A stretch of DNA of 20,673 nt, from contig JANKJI020000001.1 of the NCBI GenBank assembly GCA_024626585.2, forward strand, positions 8,544,750 to 8,565,422, read 5' to 3'. The translations under genes were made by a program, and so were the position numbers. How positions within the stretch are numbered: the first letter of the stretch is position 1; each line of letters begins with the position of its first letter. This DNA is from Ginkgo biloba. Taxonomy: Eukaryota > Plantae > Ginkgophyta. Shown piece after piece: positions 9,998-20,606 of this stretch. The notes under the pieces were generated by a model. That model worked only from the letters and a program-made list of their open reading frames with translations. It searched no databases and had not been told where the DNA came from.

Positions 9998-10910
9998 TAT
10001 ATGTGGCACCATATCGTAAGTTTGGGAGCTCGAGATGTCTTGAGAGGATAAATATTTTAATATTGCCATTACCTTCCAACAGCCTCAAGGAGACCCAATA
10101 TCGGGACACATGGCACCATCTAAGGGTGTTTAAGCTTAGAGGAATTGGGGCTAGCCTCTTTTCCTTAGTTTTCACTATGGATCATGCTAGGATGAAGGAT
10201 CAAGATACGTGGCAAAATCATGAAAACTAAGGTCTCATGGTAATTTTATAACCTCATTGCTTTACCCTTATCTTCTTGCATATTTACGGGTATCCAAGAT
10301 TCACACACGTGGTCTGATCTCAAGGCATTTGGCCTCGTGAACCTTTAGCACTTCTATTTTCTTTCTTTAGCAACTTACGAGAATGTGAACTCACAAAAAT
10401 AAGATACATGGCCACATCTTAGGGGTCTTGGGCTCGAATGTATTTTTGAATTCTTCGTATATCTCTCAAATGCTGGTAAACTAGGGGTAACACAATCTTT
10501 CCAAGTGGCATGATCTCAAGGGTCCTAGGTCCAACGTCCACCGTCCTTTACCCTTNNNNNNNNNNNNNNNNNNNNNNNNNNNNNNNNNNNNNNNNNNNNN
10601 NNNNNNNNNNNNNNNNNNNNNNNNNNNNNNNNNNNNNNNNNNNNNNNNNNNNNNNNNNNNNNNNNNNNTCCTTTGTAAATCATGAGAGCGCTCATAATTA
10701 TGATAGATGGCACCATCTTAGAATGTCTAGGTCCATAGTCATTTACCAAGTTGCCTTTGGGAGTTCTTTTTATTGTGAGGAGGAGTTAACAGGATCATGC
10801 CATGTGTGATGCCCTTGAGATCTTTCACCCTCACAGGCCTCTAGAACTCAGTTTCTTTAGTGCCAAACCGCTATGAGACAAAGAGCCATGAGATTCTACC
10901 ATGTCGCACG
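9998..10910. repeat. Degenerate ~100-bp periodic array with an ABRE-like core (RAYACRTGGCA..ATCTYARG)
   Basis: RTGG cores on the + strand at 10003, 10110, 10209, 10309, 10408, 10505 and 10707 (spacings 107, 99, 100, 99, 97, then 202 across a gap). Two inverted copies at about 10793-10809 and 10890-10908. Confidence 0.75.
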
Positions 10911-11044
10911 ATCTTGAACCTCCTAGAGCTTGGGGCATTTNNNNNNNNNNNNNNNNNNNNNNNNNNNNNNNNNNNNNNNNNNNNNNNNNNNNNNNNNNNN
11001 NNNNNNNNNNNNNNNNNNNNNNNNNNNNNNNNNNNNNNNNTCGA

Positions 11045-13093
11045 CTCATCAACCCTTAGAATATTTTAGGGGTATTGGTAATCCTAAAACATATTACTAA
11101 GAACTCATAAAGATCCTCATGAGTTCTGAATGTTATTTTGTGGGTATATTCTACCTTTATTCTTAGTTGATGATAGCCCAACATCAAATCCAAGAGAGTG
11201 AAGATGGCGGCTCCATGTAACTCGTCTAGAAGCTCGTTGATCACTAGAATAGGGAACTTATTTTTTATTGTGATTTTATTAAGTTCTCTATAATCAATGT
11301 ATGCAAAAATACCCATCCTTCTTTTGAAGTAGTATCACTAGTTCTAAAAAAAGACTTTTACTTTCTTTAATAGCATCAACTTCCAAGATTTCATGAACCA
11401 ACTTTTCTATTTTGAATTTTTTATGGAAGGGGTATTTGTAGGGTTGGATGTTGGTTAGATCACTACCATCCATGAGCTCAATAGCATGATCCATTTCTCT
11501 TAGTGGAGGGATACCCTTGGGTTCTTTAAAAGTTTTTATGTGTGTTACTAATATCTTTTGTAGCTCTAGCTTCTCTACCCTAGATTCTTCTTTGGCATTG
11601 ATGGAAAAGCATTGGGCTATGAACTCATTATCCCCCCTTTTTAGAAATTTCTCCATTTAATGAGAACTTATGACCTGAGAAGGTGGTGGAGTAAACCCAT
11701 TGAGCTTATATTGGCTACCTTCAACTTTGAATCCAATGAACATTTCTTTCAGATTCATTGAAAATGTCCCTATTATTCATAACCATTGTGCTCCCATCAC
11801 TGCATCCACTCCTCCCATGGGAATTACATCCATGTATGTGATGACATTATAATCCCCCATGGTTACTTTAATGTTATAGAATTTTCCCTTATAATTTGTC
11901 ATCCCTCCATTGGAAATCATAACTTGGATTTTTTTTATAAGATAGGGAAAATAATTCAATTATGTTTCCAACTTCTTGTTGATGAAGTTATGGGTACTCC
12001 CTAAATAAATCAGAATGATTACCCTTTCATTCTTAATATAGCCATCAACCTTCAGTGTTTCAGGTGTGTATATTCCTTCTAGGGAATGTGTGGATGGGGT
12101 AGGGACATCCTATTGTTCACCTTCATCCATGGTATCTCCATTGTATCTTCCTCCTCTTCTAAGTAGTATTTAATGATACATAGTTTATTCTTAGATCATC
12201 AATGACCTATAGAACATTTGTTGTTNNNNNNNNNNGCATCTATAACATATTCCTTTAGCTATTTTTTGATCAATCTCTTGGGTGTAGAACCTCTTGATTG
12301 GTTACAACTTTATTTTTCATCCACTTTTCCTCATGCTAGCAAAATCTATTCATCTCCCATTTTCCCTCAAGTTGGTATATCTTCCATACCTTCTAGAATC
12401 CCTACTTTTGGCTTTAATATACTTTGAAATCTAGATGGTGGTGCATATGGATGAGGGTTTTAAGATCCTTATCTCATGTCAAATCACATACCTCAACCCA
12501 TTAATGTAGAGATTGAGGAGTTCATCTTCACTCAACCCTTCTACCCTTGTAGCCAAATTTTGGTGTTGAGTGTTGTATTCCATGACTGAGCTCATTTGTC
12601 TTATTTTAGTCAGTTGGCTAAAATAGTCAACTTCACAGACATTATCATATTGGTTGACGAGATCGTCTGTGAAATTCTCCCACCTATATGACAACCCTGA
12701 CTACTTCTTATCCATTCACTGATACCATTGAAATGGTTCAGTCCCCATGTGTAGAGATGATAGTGTGATTTTTTTATCCATTGATACTTGGTGGAGATGA
12801 AAGTATTTCTCCATCTAACTGATCCAAGTTCATACATTTCTCCCATTAAACTTGTGAACCTCTAATTTGGGTATGAATCCTCCTCTTACTTCCCCAGGTT
12901 CATCTACTTCCTCCTAACTAGTGCATTGCTCTTCCTTGGTCATTTTCCCAATTAATAGTTTTTTCATATTGTCACGGATACTATGGATCATTTACTCTAT
13001 TCTACCTACCCTCAAGTCTAATTAGTCATGCATGACCAACATGAAATCATTTAGTTCTTGGGACTAGTTCAGGTTCACAATATTAGATGCCAT
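11045..13093 (-). mobile_element. Chromovirus-type Ty3/gypsy gag-protease-RT remnant (single-frame gag-pol, truncated in RT)
   Basis: ATG at 13093. Gag: IPKLEVHKFNGRNV*TWIS*MEKYF...QWYQ*...WENFTDDL...YFSQLTKIRQMSSVMEY. Zn knuckle: KGICYRC...GH (about 12255-12195). Protease: ILIYLGSTHNFI (catalytic Asp lost, TAT at 12007-12005) and VDAVMGAQWL. RT: PPLREMDHAIEL...PYKYP...[21 protein letters not shown]...[12 protein letters not shown]...[12 protein letters not shown]. Frameshift near 11310. The sequence ends at a gap before the F/YxDD motif, with no RH, INT or LTR seen. Confidence 0.93.
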
Positions 13094-13430
13094 TTTGTAT
13101 GATCTACTCAACTATAATGTATGCTAATTTAATGGATCTATTTTGAAATGATGAAGGTGTTTTAATGAAAGGAAACAAAAAAATAACCACAAGAGCATAA
13201 GTGTTCAATTGTGTAATGCTAGAATGAGAAAATTCCCACCGTGCACTTGCCAACACGAGGCGAGGGAGATCCGTGTCAACAACCTCGATTATTTATTTAT
13301 TTTTTAATGTGAATTGTCGTGTTGTTGTAGTAACCGGGGACGAAGAGAGGACAAAGAGAAGGCCTAATGTTCGTTANNNNNNNNNNNNNNNNNNNNNNNN
13401 NNNNNNNNNNNNNAGGCAAACAAACACTGT

Positions 13431-13590
13431 CCATTAGACGAACGGACAAAGGGCGTTAGACATGATATGAACAAACATGGTCCGTTAGACAAACGAAAAA
13501 AGGTATGATAGACGAGTGTATGAAGCTCGTTAGACAAATGGGCACTATTTGTTTGATGAACGAATGAGCCTGTTAGACAAACGAATGAGG
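13431..13590. repeat. Degenerate ~22-bp tandem motif array (consensus CGTTAGACRAACG)
   Basis: TTAGAC-type cores at 13434, 13456, 13485, 13508, 13530, 13552 and 13573 (spacings 22, 29, 23, 22, 22, 21). Confidence 0.75.
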
Positions 13591-14101
13591 CCAAAATGAT
13601 AAAAAGAAAAAAAAAATTAAATTAAATTAAATTCCCTTTGTGGTTTTAATTTTTTTTTAACGTCTTTTGGTATTATGTACGGTAAATGAGAGGGCCACCC
13701 TCTCTCGAATGAAAAATTGCATTCCTATGTTGATCGATACGCACTGTCATGGTTTGAAACTAAAATGGGCCCTTTGTAAAGCTANNNNNNNNNNNNNNNN
13801 NNNNNNNNNNNNNNNNNNNNNNNNNNNNNNNNNNNNNNNNNNNNNNNNNNNNNNNNNNNNNNNNNNNNNNNNNNNNNNNNNNNNAGAAATTGATAGAAGA
13901 TATGATATTATTGGTGACTAGGATAGGGAAGTTAGATGAATGTTCTAAAGGGTGTGCAACAAATGGTCAAAGGGAGTGTAGAAAAATAAAAATATTGGAA
14001 AAACATTTCAAAGGGGGTTGGATGAATGGTCCAAAGGAGTTGAGAAAATAACCTACAGAGAGTTCGACAAACAACCCAGAGGAGATGTATGAGTTGAAAA
14101 T

Positions 14102-14530
14102 GGATGCAAGGTGATAATTGATAGCAAGAGTTGTAGAAATATGGTGTCCATAGAGATGGTTCAGAACTTGAACTTGCATTGTGTGAAGCATCCAAGACCC
14201 TATTGGATCTTATGGTTCAAAAAGGGTAATGAAATTTCAATAAGAGAAAGATGTTTAGTGTCATTTTACATAGGAGGATATAAGGATGAGGTGTGGTGTG
14301 ATGTGATTNNNNNNNNNNNNNNNNNNNNNNNNNNNNNNNNNNNNNNNNNNNNNNNNNNNNNNNNNNNNNNNNNNNNNNNNNNNNNNNNNNNNNNNNNNNN
14401 NNNNNNNNNNNNNNNNNNAGATTTTGACTTCTTCCATTTTAAAAAGAAGAACCTAAAGAAGTGACATTGGATGCCAAGGAGATGTTGAGGAGTGTGCATA
14501 TGATAGGAGTGTGTTATGCTCTAATGGAAG
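14102..14530 (+). mobile_element. CRM-clade-like Ty3/gypsy aspartic protease remnant
   Basis: GCKVIIDSKSCRNMVSIEMVQNLNLHCVKHPRPYWILWFKKGNEISIRERCLVSFYIGGYKDEVWCDVI matches the CRM-type pattern IIDSGSC.N.VS...V.KL.L....HP.PY...W...CLVSF.IG.YKDEV.CDV. The DSG motif is changed to DSK (14120-14128). A linker-like KEML...GVCYAL follows the gap, with no RT after it. Confidence 0.85.
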
Positions 14531-17500
14531 AGAGAGAAGAGGAGGATAAGCATCCTAATGATCCCATGAGAGGGAAAGGTGACAAGACACTCTCAAATAG
14601 AGAAGACAAGAAAGGAGATGTAAACTATGGAAAAGACTTGTATTCATTTAATAATTCGACAATAGGTATTGATTGTTTGGGAATATCCCCTGAGGAGGAG
14701 ATATTTGATGTGACCAAGCTCAAGGATAAGCATGTGGATGGGGTGAGTAACATTGTAGAGAAATATTGGATGGATAAAACTATAATATCTATGGAGATAA
14801 CAAACCAAGCCACATATGAAGAGTGCGAGAAAGCCTGAAATAGGGAAGAGTTGTAAAAAGTGATGAACAAAAGACTAGGTGGATATTTTATCGATAAGGG
14901 AGGAATACATTGTTCTAATATTGTAGGTATAGTGGTTAAGGAATTAATGTGGATATCAGTGTATGAAGGAGATAATGATGAAGCATAAGCATAAGAAAAA
15001 CATCTAAAGTAGGTTCATGGCAAGGAAAGATAACAATCGAAAGAGAGTTGTAGTAGGTACTCAATGAAGAGGATAGAAATCTTAACTCAAGGGTGATGTT
15101 TAGATCATGGAAGAAGGATTGAAGGATTTGGGTGAGAAAAAGCAAAGTAGATTCAAATAAGAGCATGAGAAAGGGATCATACAATTTTTTTTTAACTATG
15201 GTAGGATGACATAAGGGCATCAACTAATTTTGTATAAAATGGAGTTTGGCAGCAAATTTTGAGAAATGACATATAAGTGTTGGGAAAATAGACTGACAGG
15301 TAAGTGAATGGCCTAAAGAATTGAACAAACGAATAAGAGAAGTACAAAAAATAAGCTAAGGGATGGATTAAGGGAGAAATAACTAGAAACATACAAGAAT
15401 GTTCATCAAATTGGCGAATGGGGGCAACAAATGGACTAAAGGATGAAAATAATGGTAAATATCCTCATGAACAATGAAGTTCATTCATTGAACAATCGAA
15501 CGAGGGTGAAAAATGAATGAATAAATTGTGTAGCCTAGCAAATGAGACAATGAAGTGTGACAAACAAGAGAACAAGGCTTGATGAATGAATAAAGAAGCA
15601 ACCAAGGGAAGGTTAGTATGATGAATGGATTAGGTTATTCATTAACATTTAGCGAATGGGAAATGACTTGAAGGAACCTTAAAAAGGTAAAAAATGTAAA
15701 ATAAATTTAAAACAAGTGAATTTAATGATTAGGGTCCTATGTACTTCCTGAAGTAAATTCCTCTAAGATGTTAATTAANNNNNNNNNNNNNNNNNNNNNN
15801 NNNNNNNNNNNNNNNNNNNNNNNNNNNNNNNNNNNNNNNNNNNNNNNNNNNNNNNNNNNNNNNNNNNNNNNNNNNNNNNNNNNNNNNNNNNNNNNNNNNN
15901 NNNNNNNNNNNNNNNNNNNNNNNNNNNNNNNNNNNNNNNNNNNNNNNNNNNNNNNNNNNNNNNNNNNNNNNNNNNNNNNNNNNGAGAGAGAAGGAAGTAA
16001 GCCAAAAAGGAGGATCAATGAGAGATCAGAAAGGAGAGAGAGGTCTAGGAGAAGAGTATCAAGGTGGAATTAGATATAGGTATAGGATATTAAGTGACCT
16101 AAGAATAGAAATTGATAAACGAATAGTGATAATTATTTACAGTAGTGGTAGAGAATCTTGTTAGTGAGAAGGGGAAGATAAAGTTGAAGATTCAAGTGTT
16201 GGTGTTGTAGGAACAAAGAGTTTAGAGTGGGTTGTTATTTATGAATTTCTTCCAAGAATGGGGTTTGTTAATTATTTTAAGTCCATAATCAAGTTCCTAA
16301 TAAAAAATCATTATTGTATTTGTAACAAACCCGTTGGGAAAAAGTAGTAAAAATAAGAGTTTTAAGTTATATGTGCAATGTTTATTAAGCATTCCTTCAT
16401 TACATGATTTGTATTTGGATCTAAGAGATATTTTTGTTGGTGATAGGTTGAAGTATGATGATAAGGTTCGATGACAAGTGAAGTTCATCGATAAAGTCTC
16501 AATGATAGGGTCCAATGAAAAAATGATAGAGANNNNNNNNNNTAACGATAGAAGATAATGATAAGTAATTCTAACAATAAAAAAAGATCGATAAAGCCTA
16601 CCAACATTAGAAGGAATAAAATATCACTTAGGACATCTTAGTTGGAAAATTCAAACATACATTTCCTAATATGATCCTTGATAGAAGGACCTCACAAAAG
16701 CTAAAAGGATGCAAACGATTGTCAAAATCCATTCCAACTTCTTAGGCAATTATGGTAACTAAAAATAAAAAGTGACTGACAAAGGTTCTAGAAGGAGGAA
16801 TAAAAGGATTAGAAAAAGAGAGAGAGGGTAAACATAGGTTTTTAGTTGAACACAATGAATCATATGATGACCTAGGAAAAATATAAGTAGCTAGAACAAC
16901 ACAAGAGTACCAACGCATGTGTATGACTCTATTGGGATGCATTCCCAAAAATAGTAGTAAACACTAGAGTTGTTATTACTTGTTATAAAATTATTGAATT
17001 TATTTAATGTAATTTGTATTTTTTCTACCCCAAGAGGGTTTTATTTTGTTAAAAATATTATTGTCTTTATGTAATAATTTAATTTACAGGGCCATCTTTC
17101 ACTTTGAGATCAGTCGCACAGTCTACACTTTGCAAAGGGTATGCCTCCCTTACTTTGTTAGAGTGATAGTGNNNNNNNNNNNNNNNNNNNNNNNNNNNNN
17201 NNNNNNNNNNNNNNNNNNNNNNNNNNNNNNNNNNNNNNNNNNNNNNNNNNNNNNNNNNNNNNNNNNNNNNNTAATAGGATGAAATATGAACCAATATAGC
17301 ACAAGTAATGTATAAAATATTTATAACATATGTAAAATATGTAATGAATGCATAATAAGGCTCAAAATACATCCCAATAATACTATAATTATGTTAGATC
17401 AATAATGCGAGGGTGTGAAAAATGACGATAACACAGAGGAATTTCTATCCATATATTTTATGGCCCTAGCCAAGTTTTAATATATTCTTTAATAGTGGTT

Positions 17501-17734
17501 ACAATGCATTCCTATTATATAAACTCTTTTCTCAATGGGAGTTTATTTACACCTATTATTATAAGATTCCTCTCTTCTCTTAGTGTCATTAGAATGCTTA
17601 GGATCATTGGTAGTAGGACACGAACAAAGGGGGTCCCCTTTAGTTACTTCTTACCATATTCACTTACTATTACTNNNNNNNNNNNNNNNNNNNNNNNNNN
17701 NNNNNNNNNNNNNNNNNNNNNNNNNNNNNNNNNN

Positions 17735-18330
17735 AAACATCCTATAGATCCCTCACCTATGAGGTCTTTGTTAAAGGGATGATATAGTTAAGTAGGAAAT
17801 TAGGTATGTTAAGGGATATAAGGTTGATGGTAAGTGTAAATACAATGCTCAATCTAGTGGACTTTAAGTAGATTTATGGACTCTTCTTCATTATTTATAT
17901 TATATGTTATATCTCTTTTAGCCATATCAGTCTCAAGGTTNNNNNNNNNNNNNNNNNNNNNNNNNNNNNNNNNNNNNNNNNNNNNNNNNNNNNNNNNNNN
18001 NNNNNNNNNNNNNNNGTGGTAAATAATGGATATGATTGGAATTTAACTAAGGTTGATATTTTTTTCCAAGGAATAATCTTCATAAACTATTGGCATAAAA
18101 CTTAGAGATAAATTTTTGTACCAAGTCTTGGGAGGAGGTTATGGAGTCATCACAAATAATACCATGTAGTTGCTTCCCTTCTAAAGGACAAGGTGAATAA
18201 TTTATCAGGTCATTATTTCATGGGTTTGATGCCATATATTTAATTCATTTATATTAAATACAAGGTTCTCGTCCTCTTTTCCTCTTAATTTGGGTATGTT
18301 AGGGGGAATAATTGGTAAATGAGGCCATGA
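17735..18330 (-). mobile_element. Ty3/gypsy gag remnant (non-chromoviral type)
   Basis: Across minus frames: WPHLPIIPPNIPKLRGKEDENLVFNINELNIW / KLFTLSFRREATTWYYL / DDSITSSQDLVQKFISKF. After the gap: DMAKRDI...NNEEESI. Fits the pattern IPKF.GK..E.P..H...F..W ... LF..SL...A..WY..L...SI.SW..L...F...F. Confidence 0.65.
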
Positions 18331-19014
18331 ACTATCACTCTAATTAGGCTAATGTTTAATGTTGATAGATATCTCTAAGTTTATGGATATTACTAAGAAA
18401 GTAAATTCCTATAAAATTTTGGTAGATTACATAATGACTATTCTCCCAAGGTTAATGGGTTGCTAAGTTTTGAGGGACTTATTCTAGTTCTATGTATACT
18501 AGGTTCTAAAGATAAATAGTTAGAACTAGTAGATCCAAATTTTAGTGTCTTGTGAAATTGATCATAATTAAAACTATTGATTAAAATATTTATCCTTATA
18601 GGGAGATTCTATGGTTAAAATAGGAAGGCCTTATAGTTGNNNNNNNNNNNNNNNNNNNNNNNNNNNNNNNNNNNNNNNNNNNNNNNNNNNNNNNNNNNNN
18701 NNNNNNNNNNNNNNNNNNNNNNNNNNNNNNNNNNNNNNNAAGATTTAGTGCCACAAAATAATATAAAAAATAGGACAATGTATTCTTATTACATTAAGGT
18801 ACAATGAATGCAAGAAATACCATAAACCTAGGGGATAAGTTATCTAACCTTGAAACAAAAGTAATAGGGTGAGAAACATCACATGGATGTAAACATCCAT
18901 GCATACTCTACAAACAATAGCAGATCACCTCAATGGAACAAACAATCAAAAAGTAATTCATGCAAGGGTCAGTAAACTAAGGAGGCAATAATCCAATAAA
19001 TCAAGATGGAGGCA

Positions 19015-19043
19015 TTAGTGGAGGCAATTCGTTGCCAAAACTA
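19015..19043 (-). mobile_element. Possible decayed primer-binding site / 5' LTR end for the 17.7-18.3 kb gag
   Basis: The minus strand reads TA-GTTT-TGGCAA[cgaattgc]CTCCACTAA. This resembles CA-GTTT-TGGCGACTCCACTGG (Tat/Ogre tRNA-Arg-type PBS) after transitions plus an 8-nt insertion. Position and orientation are correct, about 700 bp upstream of gag. Confidence 0.3.
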
Positions 19044-20164
19044 TCTCTATGCCCAAACTCAGAAAAAAGGGTTAGCAAAAAGGGGATAAGAACAATCCCA
19101 CAATACTTCTACAATCCCATAGTACTTCTTCAGTCTTCAAGCTAAGGGCTATATAACCTAATTCTTGTGTAAGGCAACACTTTTATCCACCCTAATAAGC
19201 ATTCCCAAATCAAGGGATTTAGATCTCTATAAATTCAACTTCGATTCCACTTCCAAGATTATTGTAAAAGCACTATCAAGCATATCATTTCTTATTAATA
19301 AAAGCAATCTTTTATGTGTGTCTAGGATGTAAAACTATAAATATTTTAACTTAATATTGTTATACAAATTCTAAGCTCCATATTACCCATACCTATAAAG
19401 AAATACTAGTTGCATTGTCTAACACGTTCTAAGAATCATGATGGAAGATCCCATTTGGCATATTTGAATTTGAAAGTTCGTTACTAATTTAGATTTATAA
19501 GCTAAATCCACTTCAACAGAAGATGGATGATATTTATGCATTATACTTATATGTAGTATGTACATCACATTATAAATAGGTTTATTGCTTAATGTATATA
19601 GTTAGAAGCTCCAAGTTTCTTTGAAAGGAGCTCAAAAAATGAGGTTTGTAAATCTCACGTCAAATAGGTTATACCTTGTTAAAGGTTATGAAAATGGGCC
19701 ACTAGAGTCCGTTAAAATACAATAGATGGTATGGATTGTAGGTGGTAAAAATCTTTAGATGGAAGGTTTTAAAAGTTTGTAATGATTCCTATGAGATGGC
19801 AGATTATATGTAAATATGATAATAATGAACTATATTAATACGATATATTTCTTTATTTAAAAAAGAGAAAATAAAAACTAATCCCCAAGCTTAATCCAAG
19901 TGGTGAAAATAATCACTTCATTCACAATCGCAGATGTTCAAATCTTACATGGTACATATTGGCTAATGAATAATACAACGCAAGGAAAAAATATAATTAA
20001 AATAAATCAAATAAAAAAACAAAATAAAACCAAAATTACAATAAAAATATCTTAATAAATTTTGCATCTACATGCATAAATCAAGTGAGTTGAAAATGAC
20101 CTTTTGTCAAATGTTTGGAAAAAGAATTCCATGCAAGCACTTCCTTCCATTGTTATAAATCTAT

Positions 20165-20521
20165 TCTCTCCACGTGGGCAAACAAAAATTTATAATATAA
20201 TTGCCAAATGCCATGTCAAATCATTTACCATAAAATTTACATAAAGGATATTGTTGATAAATTATACAATGTTTAATATACCCGTCCGCTAAATTAATTG
20301 GGTTCGATTAGGAGTTGGGCAGTCTGGCTGTTGGAAGTTCGTGAGGTCAAAAGAGTAGCAACTAGCAAGCACTCTTTCATCTCGCTCTCTATAAAATCCC
20401 GTCACACCCTTCCCGCCTTCCTATCCTATTTTACATTCTAACCCTCGCATTCTTTTCTTCGTAACGCTTTCAATTGTTTTTTGGTACACCTTTTGTCTTC
20501 CGGCTGTTAGCGCAACCAACA
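20165..20521 (+). promoter_or_regulatory. Promoter and 5' UTR of the right-hand gene
   Basis: Palindromic G-box CCACGTGG at 20170-20177, TATAAAA at 20390-20396, E2F-like TTCCCGCC at 20410-20417 and a pyrimidine-rich leader. About 23 CG counted by hand in 20281-20620. Confidence 0.65.
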
Positions 20522-20606
20522 ATGTCTCCCGTGAAAAGAATTGAAGCAGAACGGATTCCCGAACTCAAAGACAAACCCAAACGCCGCAGAGTAGCGTTCG
20601 CCGTCG
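20522..20606 (+). CDS. HAG2: First coding exon of a probable histone acetyltransferase type B catalytic subunit (HAT1/HAG2-like); partial
   Basis: ATG at 20522 in context aacaATGt encodes MSPVKRIEAERIPELKDKPKRRRVAFAV, followed by G|GTACGA (phase-1 donor at 20607) and T-rich sequence. PKRRRVAF resembles the plant HAG2 N-terminal NLS PKKRRRVGF..D as recalled, and the split codon beginning with G is compatible with Asp. Only 28 codons are visible, so the identity is tentative. Confidence 0.6.

Noticed and set aside
9998-10910. CRISPR-like repeat-spacer appearance of the 100-bp array (and of 13431-13590)
   Set aside because: The repeats are highly degenerate, change orientation and have the wrong spacer lengths. 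There are no cas genes, and the context is eukaryotic retroelement DNA.
6900-11045. Idea that the RT broken at 11045 resumes at 6900 as one element
   Set aside because: The two RTs overlap in domain content and belong to different lineages (LDL.SGYHQ chromoviral type versus DG.SGYNQ non-chromoviral type).
14461-14838. 125-aa plus-strand ORF as a host gene
   Set aside because: It begins in the retroelement protease linker and continues as purine-rich sequence with no recognisable domain.
15737-16073. ORFs spanning N-runs (also 5030-5695, 10510-10809, 13667-13921, 17046-17372)
   Set aside because: They are open only because Ns contain no stop codons.
1770-19804. Inverted 10-bp match atctgccatc / gatggcagat bracketing the whole TE block
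   Set aside because: Too short to be significant in 20 kb, and the flanks align only with arbitrary gaps.
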